The notes under the pieces: generated by a model
What the model saw: the letters and a program-made list of their open reading frames with translations, nothing else
Told to the model about the DNA's origin: nothing
Databases searched by the model: none
Position numbers and translations under genes: made by a program
Assembly: GCA_038087875.1 (NCBI GenBank)
Contig: CM075996.1
Coordinates: 9,674,001-9,738,000, forward strand
DNA length: 64,000 bases
Direction of reading: 5' to 3'
DNA from: Malacoraja senta
Lineage: Eukaryota
In this document: positions 12,383 to 26,144 of the stretch, piece by piece
Numbering within the stretch: the stretch's first letter is position 1
How the letters are laid out: every line of letters begins with the position of its first letter

Positions 12383-13219
12383 TTAGTTTAGTTTAGTTTA
12401 GAGATACAGCGCGGAAACAGGCCCTTCGGCCCACCGAGTCCGCACCGACCAGCGATCCCCGCACACTATTCAATTCAATTCAATTTATTTGTCTTTTGGA
12501 CAAATTTGTCATTTGGACCCCTTGAGGTCCAAACGAAATATCGTTTCTGCAGCCATACAATACAAAACGAAGAAGACCCGAGACACAACACAATTTACAC
12601 ATACATCCATCACAGCGCTGTGATTGAAGGCAAAAAAAACTTATCTCTCCACTGCACTCCCCCCCCCCCCCCCCGATGTCAGAGTCAAAGTCAAAGCCCA
12701 CGGCGGGCGATGGTGATTGTCCCGCAGCCATTAAAGCCACGCCGGGTGATGCAAGGTCGCGCACCGGGTCTTGGTGTTAGAGCCCCGGCGCGCGCCCGCA
12801 AAGTCCGGCGGCCATTCCAAGCCGCGCGGGGGGATAAAGCCCCGCTCCAGGTGCTCTTCAACCCCGCAACTCGGGCGGGAGAAGTCGCCGCTGCGGAAGC
12901 CCCGAAAAGCGGTCTCCCACCAGGGACCCGCGGGCTTACGGTGTTGCCGTCCGCCAGACCCGCGGTCCGCCGTGTTGCCGTCCGCCAGACCCACTAACAC
13001 TATCCTACACACACTGGGGGCAATTTACACACACACCAAGCCAATTATCCGTCAAACCTGTACGTCTTTGGAGTGTGGGAGGAAACCGGAGATCTCGGAG
13101 AAAACCCACGCAGGTCACGGGGAGAACGTACAAACTCCGTACAGACAGCACCCGTAGTCGGGATTGAACCCGGGTCTCTGGCGCTGTGAGGCAGCAACTT
13201 TACTGATGCGCCACCTTGC
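12383..13219 (-). mobile_element. HE1-type V-SINE interrupted by a GC-rich element at ~12470-12990
   Basis: SINE tail at 12383-12468 and head/V-domain at 12992-13219; the insert has a (TTGAA)n tail and family hairpin 2. Confidence 0.8.
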
Positions 13220-14125
13220 AGGCCTATTATTTATATTGGATCTCAGCCTTCCCGCCTGGGAACACGCTGCCAGGGGTGGTGGTGGAGGCAGATACGATAG
13301 TGGTGTTTAAGAGGCTTTTAGGCAGGCACATGGATATGCAGTGAATGGAGGGATATGGATCACGTGTTGGCAGAGACTAGTTCAACTGTGCTTCATGTTC
13401 AGCACATACCCTGTACGGAGTTTGTACGTTCTCCCCGTGACCGCGTGGGTTTTCTCTGGGTGCTCCGGTTTCCTCCAACACTCCAAGGACCTGCAGGTTT
13501 GTAGGGTAATTGTCTTTGGTAAAAGTTGTAAACTGTCCCAGGTGTGTGTAGGATAGTGCTAGTGTACGGGGATGGCTGGTCAGCTCAGACTCGGTGGGCC
13601 GAAGGGCCTGATTCTGAGTTGTATCTCCAAACTAAACTAAACAATGCGGGCCGAAGGGCCTGTTTCTGCACGGTACTCTGCGTTCTGTGTTCCACGCCTG
13701 TTCTGGGTGAAGATGAAACACAGTGACTGGCCCGAGATGAACGAATCCTCTGGCTTTCTGTGTCTCGTGAACAGCAGCTCTGAAAGGAAGGGCAGAGGAA
13801 GGATTTATTCTCAGCCTTTCAAGTTTCATTTCAACTGTCCCAGGGAATAAAATTTTAATTATCAGCAAACTGGCACTTTTTCACACACACAATGAAAATG
13901 ATCTTTAGTGACAGCATTAGCGCAAGATATTTTTTTGAAAAAATAAAGTGAAATGAGTTGTAAAAATAGCATGAGAACAGGTTGTCAGATGCTGTGTTCA
14001 CCAGCATCTCAAGCCCAGAGCCTGTCCCAGCCGTGGGCCTACTGGGTCCTAGTGCTCGGCCCCCAACATGGTCCACTCTTTCCCAAACAGACCTCCCTGT
14101 GAGCACAGGAGGATGAGGGGTGATT

Positions 14126-14418
14126 AGTTTTAGTTTAGTTTAGAGATACAGCGCGGAAACGGGCCCTTCGGCCCACCGAGTCTGCGCCGACCAGCGATCC
14201 CCGCACACTAGCACTATCCTACACACACAAGGGACAATTTACATTTACACCAAGCAAATGAACTTACAAACCTGTACGTCTTTGGAGTGAGGGAGGAAAT
14301 CGAAGATCTTGGAGAAAACCCACGCTGGCCATGGGGAGAACGTACAAACTCCGTACAGACAGCCCCCGTAGTCAGGATCGAACCTGGGTCTCTACCGCTG
14401 CATCACCGTGCCACCGGG
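14126..14418 (-). mobile_element. HE1-type V-SINE
   Basis: tRNA-like head, V-domain and (TAAAC)n tail on the minus strand. Confidence 0.85.
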
Positions 14419-14909
14419 TGATCTTATAGAGGTGTATAAAATCATGAGAGGAATAGATCGGGTAGATGCACAGAATCTCCAACCCAGAGTTGGGGAACCG
14501 AGGACCAGAGGACGTAGGTTTAAGGTGAAGGAGGGAAAGATTTAATAGGAATCTGAGGGGTAACTTTTTTCACACAAAGGGCGGTGGGTGTATGGAACAA
14601 GCTGCCAGAGGAGGTAGTTGAGGCTGGGACTATCCCAGTGTTTAAGAGACAGTTAGACAGGTACATGGATAGGACAGGTTTAGAGGGAAATGGACCAAGC
14701 GCAGGCAGGCGGGACTAGTGTAGCTGGGGCATGTTGGTTGGTGTGGGCAAGTTGGGCCGAAGGGACTGTTTCTATGCTGTATCACTCTGTGAGTCTGTGA
14801 CTGTGAGTTGTGAATTGTGAAGGCAGAATGAGGAATGGAGGTGGAGGGGGAGGGGTTCGTGGGGAGAAGGGGAAGGGAGGTGGTTAGTAAGAGGTTAACT
14901 AAACTCGGA

Positions 14910-15497
14910 GAATTCAATGTTCATACCGTTGGGTTGTAGGCTACCGAAGCGGAACATGAGGTAGGGTTGCCAACTGTCCCGTATTAGCCGGGACATCCCG
15001 TATACTGGGCCAAATTGGTTTGTCCTATACGGGACCGCCCTTGTCCTGGTATTTGACTGTCATTACTCGGGTCGAGGGGAGTGTCGGGTCGGAGCGCCGC
15101 GTCCGGCCCCCGCCTCACCCGTCCCGACGTAGTGCAGCTCATGGAGTGCAGCAGCAGCAGCAGCTCCTCGCCCGTGGCCCCGTCGGTCGGTCGGTCGGCA
15201 GCCCGGCCAGCTGTCCGACCTTCGGACTTTCGCTTACCGCCGACACCACCACCCCTCCTTCTCATGGCCCGATCATCACATCAGCTGGCCCCGCCGGCTG
15301 GGCTTTTGTGTGCAGTCCAGCACCCGGGGCCAACTCATCATTCACCCAGCCACGGCCGAGTCGGTCCACGAATTGCCGTCGGGAATTTGACCCGTATTTT
15401 GACCTTTTGTCCCTTATTTGGGAGCGAGAAAGTTGGCAACCCTAACACGAGGCGCTGTTCCTCCGGTTTGCGTGTGGCCTCACTCTGACAGTGGAGG
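14910..15497 (-). mobile_element. Penelope GIY-YIG C-terminal fragment split by a hAT MITE
   Basis: The rejoined minus strand reads LHCQSEATRKPEEQRLMFRFGSLQPNGMNIEF. Confidence 0.75.
14962..15444. mobile_element. hAT (Blackjack-like) MITE
   Basis: TIR tagggttgccaact / agttggcaacccta; 8-bp TSD acatgagg / acacgagg. Confidence 0.88.
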
Positions 15498-16176
15498 ATG
15501 GTTCCTCACTTTGTGACCACAGCAAGTGTACGCAGACATGATTTGGATTTGGGTAGCGAAAGTAAACAGATGTTTCTGATGTACTGAGTAATCTGCTTGT
15601 GGGTAGTTCTCTGGGTCAAATATCATCCCAGGACTGACCATATAGGAAACATGGTGGCTAATCTGTAGTTGGGCCGAAGGGCTTGTTTCCGCGCTGTATG
15701 ACTCTGTAACTCTGACTCAACAACTATGGCTCTATGACTATGATTTGCGGTCGATGGCAGAACTCCTCACACAGAATTCCAATGGATCGATCGCCTGCCA
15801 TCCATTCCCATGGATTGGATTCCCAGGGATTCACCCGCCTGTCCCCCGACCCGGTTTCCGAGAAGGATTGGCGGCGAGTGTGGTAGTGGATTTATTCACA
15901 GGGTTACTGGAGCGTCTACAACGCCAGCAGGCACCTACTTATATTTAGATTGGCTTTGTTATCCTAATTGACAACAGGTAATGCCTTGCTAACTCAGACA
16001 CGATGAGTAGGCCCAAGGCTTCGTGGTGCGGACTGGTACTGGAGTTAGATAAAGCCTTCCGAAGCACCACAGTCCATAAAACACAGTCGTTACAAACAGT
16101 AGCTGCCCTCGATGATCTTCAGTCTTGGTTATGGACTCTAATGTTGCACTTAGAAAAATTCAGATTAGTTTAGCTT

Positions 16177-16455
16177 TTAGTTTAGACATACAGCGCGGAA
16201 ACACGGCCTTCGGCCCACCGGGTCCGCGTCGACCAGCGATCCCCGTACATTAACGCTATCCCACACATACCGGGGACAATTTAACAATTTAGCCCGCACG
16301 TCTTTGGGATGTGGGAGGAAACCGGAGCACCCGGAGAGAAACCACGCGGTCACAGGGAGAACGTGCAAACTCCACGCAGGCAGCACCCGAGGTCAGGATC
16401 GAACCCGGGTCTCTGGCGCTGTGAGGCAGCGGCTCTACCCGCTGTGTCATCGTGC
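16177..16455 (-). mobile_element. HE1-type V-SINE
   Basis: V-domain gggaggaaaccggagcacccggag and SINE tail. Confidence 0.85.
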
Positions 16456-16632
16456 TGTTATTGTCACGTGTACCGAGGCAGAGTGTAAAGCTTTGTTTTG
16501 TATGCTATCCAAACAGATCAGATAATATTATCTATAAATACCTCAAGTACAATAGGTAGAGTGAAGGGAACGATACAGAATACTGTATAGTTCTCAGCGT
16601 TGTAGGACATTAAGTGTATAGATCTAAATTTA

Positions 16633-16940
16633 GGGTGGCACAGTGGTGCAGCGGTAGAGTTGCTGCCTCACAGCACAAGAGATCTGGGTTCGATCCTGAC
16701 TACGGGTGCTGTCTGTATGGAGTTTGTACGTTCTCCCCGTGACCTGCGTGAGTTTCTCCGAGATCTTCGGTTTTCTCCCACACTCCAAAGACGTACAGGT
16801 TTTTAGGTTAATTGGTTTGGTATAAAGTGTAAATTGTCCCTGGTCTGTGTCGGATAGCGCTAGCGTGCGGGGATCGCTGGTCGGTGTGGACTCGGTGGGC
16901 CCAAGGGCCTGATTCCGCGCTGTATGTGTAAACTAAACTA
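16633..16940 (+). mobile_element. HE1-type V-SINE, full length
   Basis: A-box-like tggtgcagcgg, B box ggttcgatcc, V-domain, tail gggcctg...ctgtat...aaactaaact. Confidence 0.88.
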
Positions 16941-17029
16941 GAAGTGGAGAGAACTACTGTATGTGGAGGCAGAGAGGAGGAAGACTGGACCAGGGTGAAA
17001 ATCATCTTCTAAACATTAACATCAGCACC

Positions 17030-17068
17030 ATTGTGTGAGCACCTGTGTGTGTGCGTGTGTGTGTGTGT

Positions 17069-17136
<68 letters not shown>

Positions 17137-17154
17137 ACGTGCGTGCGTGCGTGC

Positions 17155-17192
<38 letters not shown>

Positions 17193-17270
17193 ACGCGCGC
17201 GTGTGTGTGTGTGTGTGTCTGTTTGTGTGTTTGTCTGCTTGTGTGTCAATATTTGTGTATATGTGTGTGT
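17030..17270. repeat. (TG)n microsatellite
   Basis: Seen directly. Confidence 0.97.
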
Positions 17271-17527
17271 ATTTAAGGCGACTCCAGACTGTGAAAGCTG
17301 CCACAGCCAGACATAAAAACAGCTTTTTTCCACGAGTAGTTGCTCTACTCAACAACCAAAAATCTGTAGCCTCCTTTTGCTCTGGTATTTTATTTAATTC
17401 ACATGTTTAATCAATAATGTTTTATTATTAATGTTTCATGTTTTATGTGTCATTCCTAACTGTCACTGTACATGTTGTCACTTGTGGGCGGAGCACCAAG
17501 GGAAATTCCTTGTATGTGAATACTTAT

Positions 17528-18465
17528 TTATTTAGCGAATGCAAAGTCCTTTAGCCAAGCAGTTGCCTCTTGATCTGCTGTATGAAGGGTGACAAGTCCT
17601 CCTTTAAGCAGGTGAACAAGTCCTCTAAACAAGTCCTCTCCACAAGCACACCGTGGGGTTGGGCTGCTGCCCCATTTGTGAAGGCTGGCCAAGCAGGGGC
17701 CATGTCCAGTCCTGAATCTATTCAGCGTCGTCCACTGCTTCCTTGGGAGATTGGTGCCAGGGACCGGTAGGGTTGGGTCTGACACCAGATGTTTATTTGG
17801 GACGTCCTTGGACTCCCATTCCTTTTTCCAAGCTGATTGGGTGGTGAAATCAGCTGGTGGTGAGTTCTTCCAAATTGGTCGTCTAGATGGAAGTCGAGCA
17901 GTGGGTGGGTTGAAGATGTCCATGTGAATTGGCAGATGAGGGGAGTTTTTGGTCTTTTGGAGCATCCTTTGAGTGAGGGCTACTTGCCGGATGTGTGGAG
18001 GGGCTATATTGGATAGGACAGGGAGCCAGGGGAGTGGTGTTGAGCGGATTGTTCCTGTGATGATCCTCATTGTTGAGTTCAATTGGGTGTCCACATGGTG
18101 TGTGTGGGATGACCTGGACAAAACAGGGGCGCAATATTCGGCTGAAGAAAATGCAAGGGCTACTGCTGAAATGCGCTAGACTTTGAGCCAACAAGCTTAC
18201 TGAGGAGATTGTTTCTGGACTTCACCTTAGCTGCTGTTCTTTTGAGATGTTCCTTGAAGGATAGGGTCCTGTCAAGGGTCACTCCGAGGTAGGTTGGAGT
18301 GGGGGCTTACTTCAGTTTGGTCCTGCTCAGATAGATGTTTGGTTCTCTTGTGGCTTCTGCATTATGGAGGTGGAACACACTGGAGACCGTTTTTTCTGGG
18401 CTTGGTTTTAGGCGCCAGGTTTTGGAGTACTCGTCTAGTTTAGCAAGGTCTTCATTGAGCACCTG
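17528..18465 (-). mobile_element. Vingi/Ingi-like LINE 3' fragment
   Basis: YLGVTLDRTLSFKEHL, AEYCAPV, LNSTMRIITGTIRSTPLPWLPVLSNIAPP, LNRFRTGHG, CACG; the ORF stops at a taaataaata tail with essentially no 3' UTR. Confidence 0.75.
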
Positions 18466-18499
18466 TTCCTTCCTTCATTCATTCATTCATTCATTCATT

Positions 18500-18970
18500 C
18501 ATATGTGGTGTGCATGTGTTTATGCGTCTGTGTGTATGTGTAACTGTGTGTGTGTGTAAGTGTGTGTCTATGTGTGTGTATATACGTGTATGTGTGCATC
18601 TGTGTGCTTAAGTGAGTGTGTGTGTGTCTGTGTGTGTATGTATGTGTGTGTATCTGTGTGTGTGTGCATGTGTGTGTGTGCATGTAAGTGTGTGTGTGTG
18701 TGTATCTGTGTGTGTGCGTGCATGTACGTGTTTGCGTATATGTGTATGTGTGTGTGTATCTGTGTGTGTGTGCATGTGCGTGCATGCGTATGAATGTGTG
18801 TGCACGTGTGAGTGTGTGTGTATGTGTGTGTGCGCATGTGTGTGTGTGCGTGTAAGTGCGTGTGTGTAAGTGTGTGTGTGTTTGTGTGTGTGCGTGCATG
18901 CATACGTGTGTGCACGTGTAAGTGCGTGTGTGTAAGTGTGTGTGTGTGTCTGTGTGTTAATGTGTGTGTA
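18500..18970. repeat. Degenerate (TG)n microsatellite
   Basis: Seen directly. Confidence 0.95.
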
Positions 18971-19680
18971 AGTTCCTTGGCATTAATATTACTAATCATC
19001 TGTCGTGGACCAAGCACATTGATGCAATACCCAAGGAGACACCAACAAAACAAAGCATTGACTTCCTCAGGAGACTGAGGGAGTTCAGCAAGTCTCCGGG
19101 CGACTCACAAACCTCTACCGATGCACCACAGAAAGCAGACAGCTTGCATCACAGCTTGGTTTGGGGACAGCTCTGCCCAAGAGCGCAAAAAATTGCAGAG
19201 AGTTATAGATGCAGCCCAGTCCGTCACACAGACTAGCCTCCCCACTATTGACTCCATCTACACTTCACGCTGCCTCGGAAAAGCAGCCAACATCATCAAA
19301 GACTTGTCTCTGTCCCGCCCGGTCATTCCTTCTTCTCCCCGCTCCCGTCCGGCAGAAGGTACAGAAGCTTGAAAGCGCGCACCAGAATAAGGAACAGCTT
19401 CTTCCCCTCTGTTATCAGGCTTCTGAATGGCCCTTCCATAAGCTAGGGTACTGTCTGATTCACCTCTACCCCATTGCAGACACTAGACTGTCTCTGGAAC
19501 TGATGCGCTACAATGCTGAGAACTATATTCTGCACTCTGTATCTTCCCCTTTGCTCTCCCTACGGTACATGAGTTTGGCGTGATTGTATTTATGTTTAGT
19601 ATATCTGTCCTGTTTGCAAAACAAAGCTTTTTACTGTACCTTGGTACACGTGACTATAATAATACTAAACGTAAACCTAC
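18965..19680 (+). mobile_element. Rex1/Babar-like LINE 3' fragment
   Basis: KFLGINIT..LSW, FLRRLR, CITAWFG, LQRVIDAAQS, LPTIDSIYTSRCL, family tail. Confidence 0.8.
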
Positions 19681-19734
19681 GAGCTGTTAAAGATTCGCTC
19701 CACGTATAAACCCACTGCAAGGGTATCTGCATTT

Positions 19735-20478
19735 GGTGGCATGGTGGCGCAGCGGTATAGTTGCTGCCTTATAGCGCTTGTAACAGCCAGAGACCCGGGT
19801 TCGATCCCGACTACGGGTGCTGTCTGTACGGAGTTTGTACGTTCTCTCCGTGAAGTGCTTGGGTTTTCTTTTTTTTCTTTTTTTTAATTATAATTTTATT
19901 GGAAGCAACTGTACAAAAAAGAATGACTGAACAGTTCTACAACTCTAGCACAGCTTCATTTTTTTAACGTTTTACAAACAGAATATTGAATTGAAATTAA
20001 AAAAAGAAAGAGAAAGATGAAAAGAAAGAAAAAGAAAATTAGGTATATCCGTCGACGCCACCCATGCGCCCTCTCACCCAGCTTAACAATCAGTTTTTAG
20101 TTTGTGTTCAACCATTGTATTGTTCAAGAAATTCAATAAAAGGAGACCATATTTTTTTTAATTGATCTGGTTTGTCAGTCAAGATAAACCTAATGTTTTC
20201 TAGATGTAGTGTCTCTGTCATTTCCGTAATCCACATCTTCACTGAGGGGACTGTTGTCTTTTTCCAAAATTTAAGTATAAGTTGCTTGGGTTTTCTCCGA
20301 GCTCTTCGGTTTCCTCCCACACTCCAAAGACGTACAGGTTTGTAGGTTAATTGGCTTGGTGTGTGTGTAAACTGTCCCTAGCGTGTGTAGGATAGTGTTA
20401 ATATGCGGGGATCGCTGTTGGGCGCCGACCCGATGGGCCGAAGGGCCTGTTTCTGCACTGAATCTCTGAACTAAACTC
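19735..20478 (+). mobile_element. HE1-type V-SINE carrying an antisense L1 fragment
   Basis: SINE halves at 19735-19869 and 20283-20478. Confidence 0.85.
19870..20282 (-). mobile_element. L1 3' fragment
   Basis: KQLILKFWKKTTVPSVKMWITEM...KIWSPF, homologous to the end of the 4368-9412 ORF2; poly(T) at 19870; 14-bp TSD tgcttgggttttct at 19856-19869 and 20283-20296. Confidence 0.9.
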
Positions 20479-21572
20479 AACCAAACTATTCCCAACCTCA
20501 GGAATTTATTTGAGCTAATCTGAACAGAGGCCGACGTCAGGAAATCCTTCAGAGGGGTGAACCCTCGAAAAGCGCTTGGACCTGATGGTATAACCGGGCG
20601 TGTTCTAAAAACCTGTGAGGACCAACTGGCTGGAGTTTTTACCGACATTTTCAACCTCTCACTTCTGAGGTCTCAATGCGACTTCTCTCCCTCCCTCTCC
20701 TCATGTGCCAGACCGGCTTGGTGAAGGCAAGTCATCCCTCTGGTGGGAAAGGCAGGGCTGGGGAAACACGGAGATAATCGCTCCATTAGAGAGCTATCCA
20801 GGCTCAGTCACTGAAGGATCAGGGATCAGTGGGTGTGGAGAGAGGTAGCTTTGCTGAGAGGAGCACAAGAGACTGCAGATGCTGGAGTCTTGAGCAACAC
20901 AAGTGCTGGAGGAACTCAAAGATAGACTCAAAATGCTGGAGTAACTCAGCGGGACAGGCAGCGTCTCTGGAGAGAAGGAATGGGTCGAGACCCTTCTTGA
21001 GTGATCTGAGCTGGAGGAACTCAGCAGGTCAGGCAGCATCTGTGGAGGGGAATGGGCAGATGATATTTTGGTTTGAGACCCTTCCTCCTCATTTACCCAG
21101 GGAACTCAATCCTCGCTCCGAAGAAGGGTCCCGACCCAAAGTCACCTCTCCATGTTCTCCAGAGATGCTGCCTGACCTGCTGAGTTACTCCAGCACTTTT
21201 AGTCTTTTTTGTGCAAACCAGCATCTGCAGTTCCTTGTTTCTGCAACACATTCCACACACTGGGCAGAGATAAGGGCAAGTTACAAGCAATTGACTTCCT
21301 TCAGAATTTGATTAATTAATGAAGAAGCATTAAATTATTAATTTAAACATATTTAAATGTGTTTAATTTGAACTTAGGTGTTAATTATTTCAATCCCTTT
21401 GCATTTTTAATCTTTGGCTTTTTTTAACAGTGTAAATTTTTAAATACGTAGCTTTTTCTATATTTTATTGAAGCTGGGAGAAGCGTTCAAATCTTTTGGG
21501 AGTTCTGGTAGTCAGTGGGATGTGGTTAAGTATCTGAGAGAGGGGTGCATGGGGCCTGCCAACAGGCGATGT

Positions 21573-21868
21573 TTAGTTTAGTTTAGAGATACAACGCGGA
21601 AACAGGCCCTTCGGCCCACCGTGTCTGCGCAGACCAGCAATCCCCGCACACTAACACTACCTACACACTAGGGATGATTTACAATTTTACCAAGCCAATT
21701 AACCTACAAACCTGTACGTCTTTGGAGTGTGGGAGGAAACCGAAGATCTCAGAGAAAACCCACGCAGGTCACGGGGAGAACGTACAAACTCCGTACTGAC
21801 AGCACCCGGAGTCGGGATCGAACCCGGGTCTCTGGGGCTGTAAGGCATCAACTCTACCACTGAGCCAC
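21573..21868 (-). mobile_element. HE1-type V-SINE
   Basis: Same consensus as the other copies. Confidence 0.85.
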
Positions 21869-22454
21869 CTATCCTGGCGATCCGCCCTCGGCCTGGATAG
21901 AGTGGGTGTGAAGAGGATGTTTCCACTAGTGGGAGAGTCTAGGACCTGAGGCCACGGCCTCAGAATATAAGGACATAACTTTGGAAAAGAGGAGAGGAGG
22001 ATTTTTTTTTGACAGTGGGTGGTGAATCTGTGGAATTCATTGCCACAGAAGGCTGTGGAGGACGTCAATGGATATTTTTAAGGCAGAGTGACAGATTCTT
22101 GATTAGCACGGGTGTCAGAGGTTACGGGGCGAAGGCAGGAGAATGGCGTTAGGAGGGAGAGATAGATCAGCCATGATTGAATGGCGGAGTAGACTTGATG
22201 GACCGAATGGCCTAATTCTGCTCCTATCACTTATGAACTAATGAGGTCCCAGCACTTCCGACCAGACGGGATCCAGGCGAGGTGAGGCTCAACCTCGGCC
22301 TGTTGTTAAGGAACTATCTCCACGCCAGCTCCCTGTTTCCTCTGTGTGCTGTGTGTCTCTGTCTCCTTCACTGTGCACCTTGAGGCACGATCACAACCAA
22401 CGTTGAGAGGTGGGCTGTTGGCTTTCAATCCCGATCTCACCAGTGATGGCAGGG

Positions 22455-23085
22455 GACAATAGACAATGGGTGCAGGAGTAGGCCATTCGGCCCTTCGAGC
22501 CAGCACCGCTATTCACTGTGATCATGGCTGATCATCCACAATCAGTACCCCGTTCCTGCCTTATCCACATATCCCCTGACTCCGCTATCTTTAAGAGCCC
22601 TATCTAGCTCTCTCTTGAAAGCATCCAGAGAGTTGGCCTCCACTGCCTTCTGAGGCAGAGAATTCCACAGCTTCACAACTCTCTGGGTGAAAAAGTTTTT
22701 CCTCATCTCCGTTCTAAAGGCTTACCCCTTATTCTTAAACTGTGGCCCCTGGTTCTGGACTCCCCCAACATCGGGAACATGTTTCCTGCCTCCAGCGTGT
22801 CCAAACCCTTAATAATCTTATATGCTTCAATAAGATAACCTCTAATCCTTCTAAATTACAGAGTATACAAGCCCAGCCGCTCCAGTCTCTCAGCACATGA
22901 CAGTCCCGCCATCCCAGGGAATTAATCTGGTGAACCTACGCTGCACTCCCTCAATAGCAAGAATGTCCTTCCTCAAATTTGGAGACCAAAACTGCACACA
23001 ATACTCCAGGTGTGGTCTCATTAGGGCTCTGAACAACTGCAGAAGGACCTATTTGCTCCTATACTCAACTCCTCTTGTTATGAAA
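22455..23085 (-). mobile_element. CR1/HER1 LINE 3' fragment
   Basis: Minus strand encodes [13 protein letters not shown]...[11 protein letters not shown]...; (CTATTGT)n tail. Confidence 0.9.
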
Positions 23086-24904
23086 CCTGTTGCTTCCGGT
23101 CCCCGCCCCACGTTCTCCCTCCTTACCTTCATCCCGGGATCTTCTCCTTGTAGTGCAATAACAACAACAGCAGGGAGAGGTGGGGTGGGGTTAACACGTT
23201 TATTAAACACCCTGAGCTTGTTCCATGGTCCCACCGGTCCGTGTATCACAGTGAATGGCGATGCTGACTCAAAGGGCCGAATGGCCTACTCCTGCACCTA
23301 TTTCCTATTATCTCCTGCTTCCTCCATTATCCCGTCACCCAGTGGGCAGAGGAGGAACTGGAAAGGTGCCCTCCTTGTCCAGGAGTTGATTTGTCCCGGC
23401 GATGTGCGGCGGGAATACCATCCGGAGATTCCGGGAGAGGTTCCCGGTGATCCCCGTGCCTCCCGGTCCCTCACGGTAGGGATGTTTCCCGTGTTCCAAA
23501 GGTTCGCTGCACCCAGGACAAGTGGGAGCGCGGCGTTCCGAGATTGTATCCGGCAACTGACCTTCCCCCTCCCCCCTCCCCCATCCTGCTTGGTGAACCT
23601 CCTTTTAGTTCAGAGCTCCAGCATGGAAACAGGCCCTTCGGCCCACCGAGCCCACACTGACCATCGATCACTCATTCACACTAGTTCTGTGCTATCCCAC
23701 TTTCTAATCCACTCCCTATACACTTAGGGGGCAATTTACAGAGGGCCAATTGGCCCTCAAACCCGCATATCTTTGGGACGTGGGAGGAAACCGGAGCACC
23801 CGGAGGAAACCCATCTGGTCACAGGGAGAACGAGCAAACTCCACACAGACAGCACCCGAGGTCAGGATTGAACCCGTGTCTCTGACACTGTGAGGCAGCG
23901 GCTCTATCCTCCACAGCCTCTGTAACTGAACCACAGGCCCAAACCAGCCATTGTTGTGGTTTCCATGGGAACAGGCAGCCATTTTTAGGGAGTGGAGTGG
24001 TCCTGGTCCAGATTAGGGTCCCAGCCACCCTGCCCCTGCCCAACTGTGGCCTGTGTTTCGGGGCTTTGAGATTGACGAAGGAGTTGGCGTGAGCTTCCTC
24101 AGTGACCTCCCCTCACAGGTACCTGAACCGTCCCACAGAAGTCTGGACAGTTCTGAAAATGTGGAAGGAGGCCTTGTGAAACCTGAGACCCTTGTCATAT
24201 TGGTCACCATTTGATTAAGGTCACCATGCTGTAGGAAAGATGTTGTCAAGCTGAAAAGGGTACAGAAAAGATTTATGAGGATGTTGCCAGGACTCGAGGG
24301 CCTGAGCTACAGTACAGGGAGAGGTTGAGCAGGCTGGGACTCTATTCCTTGGAGCGCAGGTGGATGAGGGGTGATCTTATAGAAGTGTATAAAATCATGA
24401 GAGGAATAGGTCGGGTATATAGACTGAGACTTTTACACAGAGTAGGGAAATCGAGAACAAGCTTTAATCTGATGAGGGGAAAGTTTAATAGGAATCTGAG
24501 GGGCAACTTTTTCACACTAAGGGAAGTGGGTGCATGGAACGAGCTGCCGGAAGAGGTAGTTGAGGTAGGTGCTATTTAAGAGACATTTAGACAGGTACAT
24601 GGATTGGACAGGTTTAAAGGGATATAGGCAAGTGGGACGTGTAGATGGGGCATGTTGGTCAGTGTGGGCAAGGTGGGCCCTGTTTCCACGCTAGATGACG
24701 TTATGAATATATCGGGCCCGCTTCGGCACACACGCCCCAGCCCCGGATCGATGACTATCCCATATATCCCCCAAATGGGGAGCAGGGCAACTCCGTCCAG
24801 AGGCAGCCTGACCCACTTTAACACAAGTGGGCACTAACAGTGGGTCCCGGGAGACTGGAACCTCAAACCGAGTTCGTACAAAGACACTGGAGTACAAAAC
24901 CTGA

Positions 24905-24910
24905 TTTATT
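24905..24910 (-). terminator. Putative polyadenylation signal AATAAA of the SHISA transcript
   Basis: tttatt on the plus strand in non-repetitive, U-rich 3'-UTR-like sequence, followed on minus by GU-rich ttttgtactccagtgtctttgt. Confidence 0.5.
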
Positions 24911-26144
24911 CATAAAATCCTGTTTCAGAATTATAACTCAGGATGGTGTGAAGAAGTACAGAATTGACACCATTGGAAACTACCAGCAGGCAAATAGAGG
25001 CGAAGAAAATAGAAACTGCCTCCAATAACACTGAAGAATACATTTGCCCGCGTAGAAATCGAAGAACAGAAATCGTACAGCACATTTACAGGCAGTGGGA
25101 TACATAGAAAGAAAGTTTTGCTATTCTCTACGACCGCAGTATTGGGAAGCAAGGACCTTCTCTGTAAATGCCCGTCTGCTTTGACCAGGTATCTCCCTGC
25201 CAAAGAGCTGCGGACTCTGGGGCCTAGGCTTCGGCCTTGGCCTGCTCCCGCGAGGCGTAACCATGGCGACAACTCAGTGGCCGGAGCACAGGGCCTACGC
25301 CGGAGACTGACAGAGAGTGGGATCGGAACGGAGGAGCCGCCACCCGCAAAGGGCACAGGTTCACGGCGAAGATAGACGCAAAAAAAGCTGGAGTAACTCA
25401 GCGGCGACAGGCAGCGTCTCTGGAGAGAAGGAATCGGCGACGTTTCGGGATCAGACGGTCTGAAACGTCACCCATTCCCTCTATCCAGAGATGCTGCCTG
25501 TCTTGCTGAGTTACTCCAGCTTTTTGTGTCCACCTTCGGTTTAAACCATCATCTGCAGTTCCTTCCGCCTCATAAGTTCAAGTAGCAGAATCAGGCCACT
25601 CGGCCCATCGAGTCTACCCCTCCATTCAATAATGGCTGATCTATCCTTCCCTCTCAACTCCATTTCTCCTGCCTTCTCCCCATGACCACTGGCATGGCAC
25701 AGATTGCGGTGGATGGCTACTACAGGCCTTGTTCTATCATTATTTTCCCTCCGAGTCTTGCGTTCAGCACCGTCCCCTCCGGATCACAATGACCTGCCAG
25801 GATGTGTAAGGAATAGGAGCCAGAGTAGGCCGTTCGGCCCCGTGACTGCTCCACCGTTATAGCGCCACTGTCCTGTCCTCGTGGTGGCAGTGGCACCCAG
25901 GGCTGGGCTGTTTGCCTCAGGACCACGAGCCAGGGGGAAAGGGAAGGGGGGGGGCAGGCCTACAATCGCCCTCTGCTTTCCCGTGCCACGTGAAATACGG
26001 CGCTAGTCACAGTCCCAGTGGTCACACCATTGATGACGCATCACGGACCATCAATGAGCATGGAGGTAGTGGGTCTCGACCCGAAACATCACCCATTCCT
26101 TCTCTCCAGAAATTCTGTCTGTCCCGCTGAGCTTTTTGTGTCCA

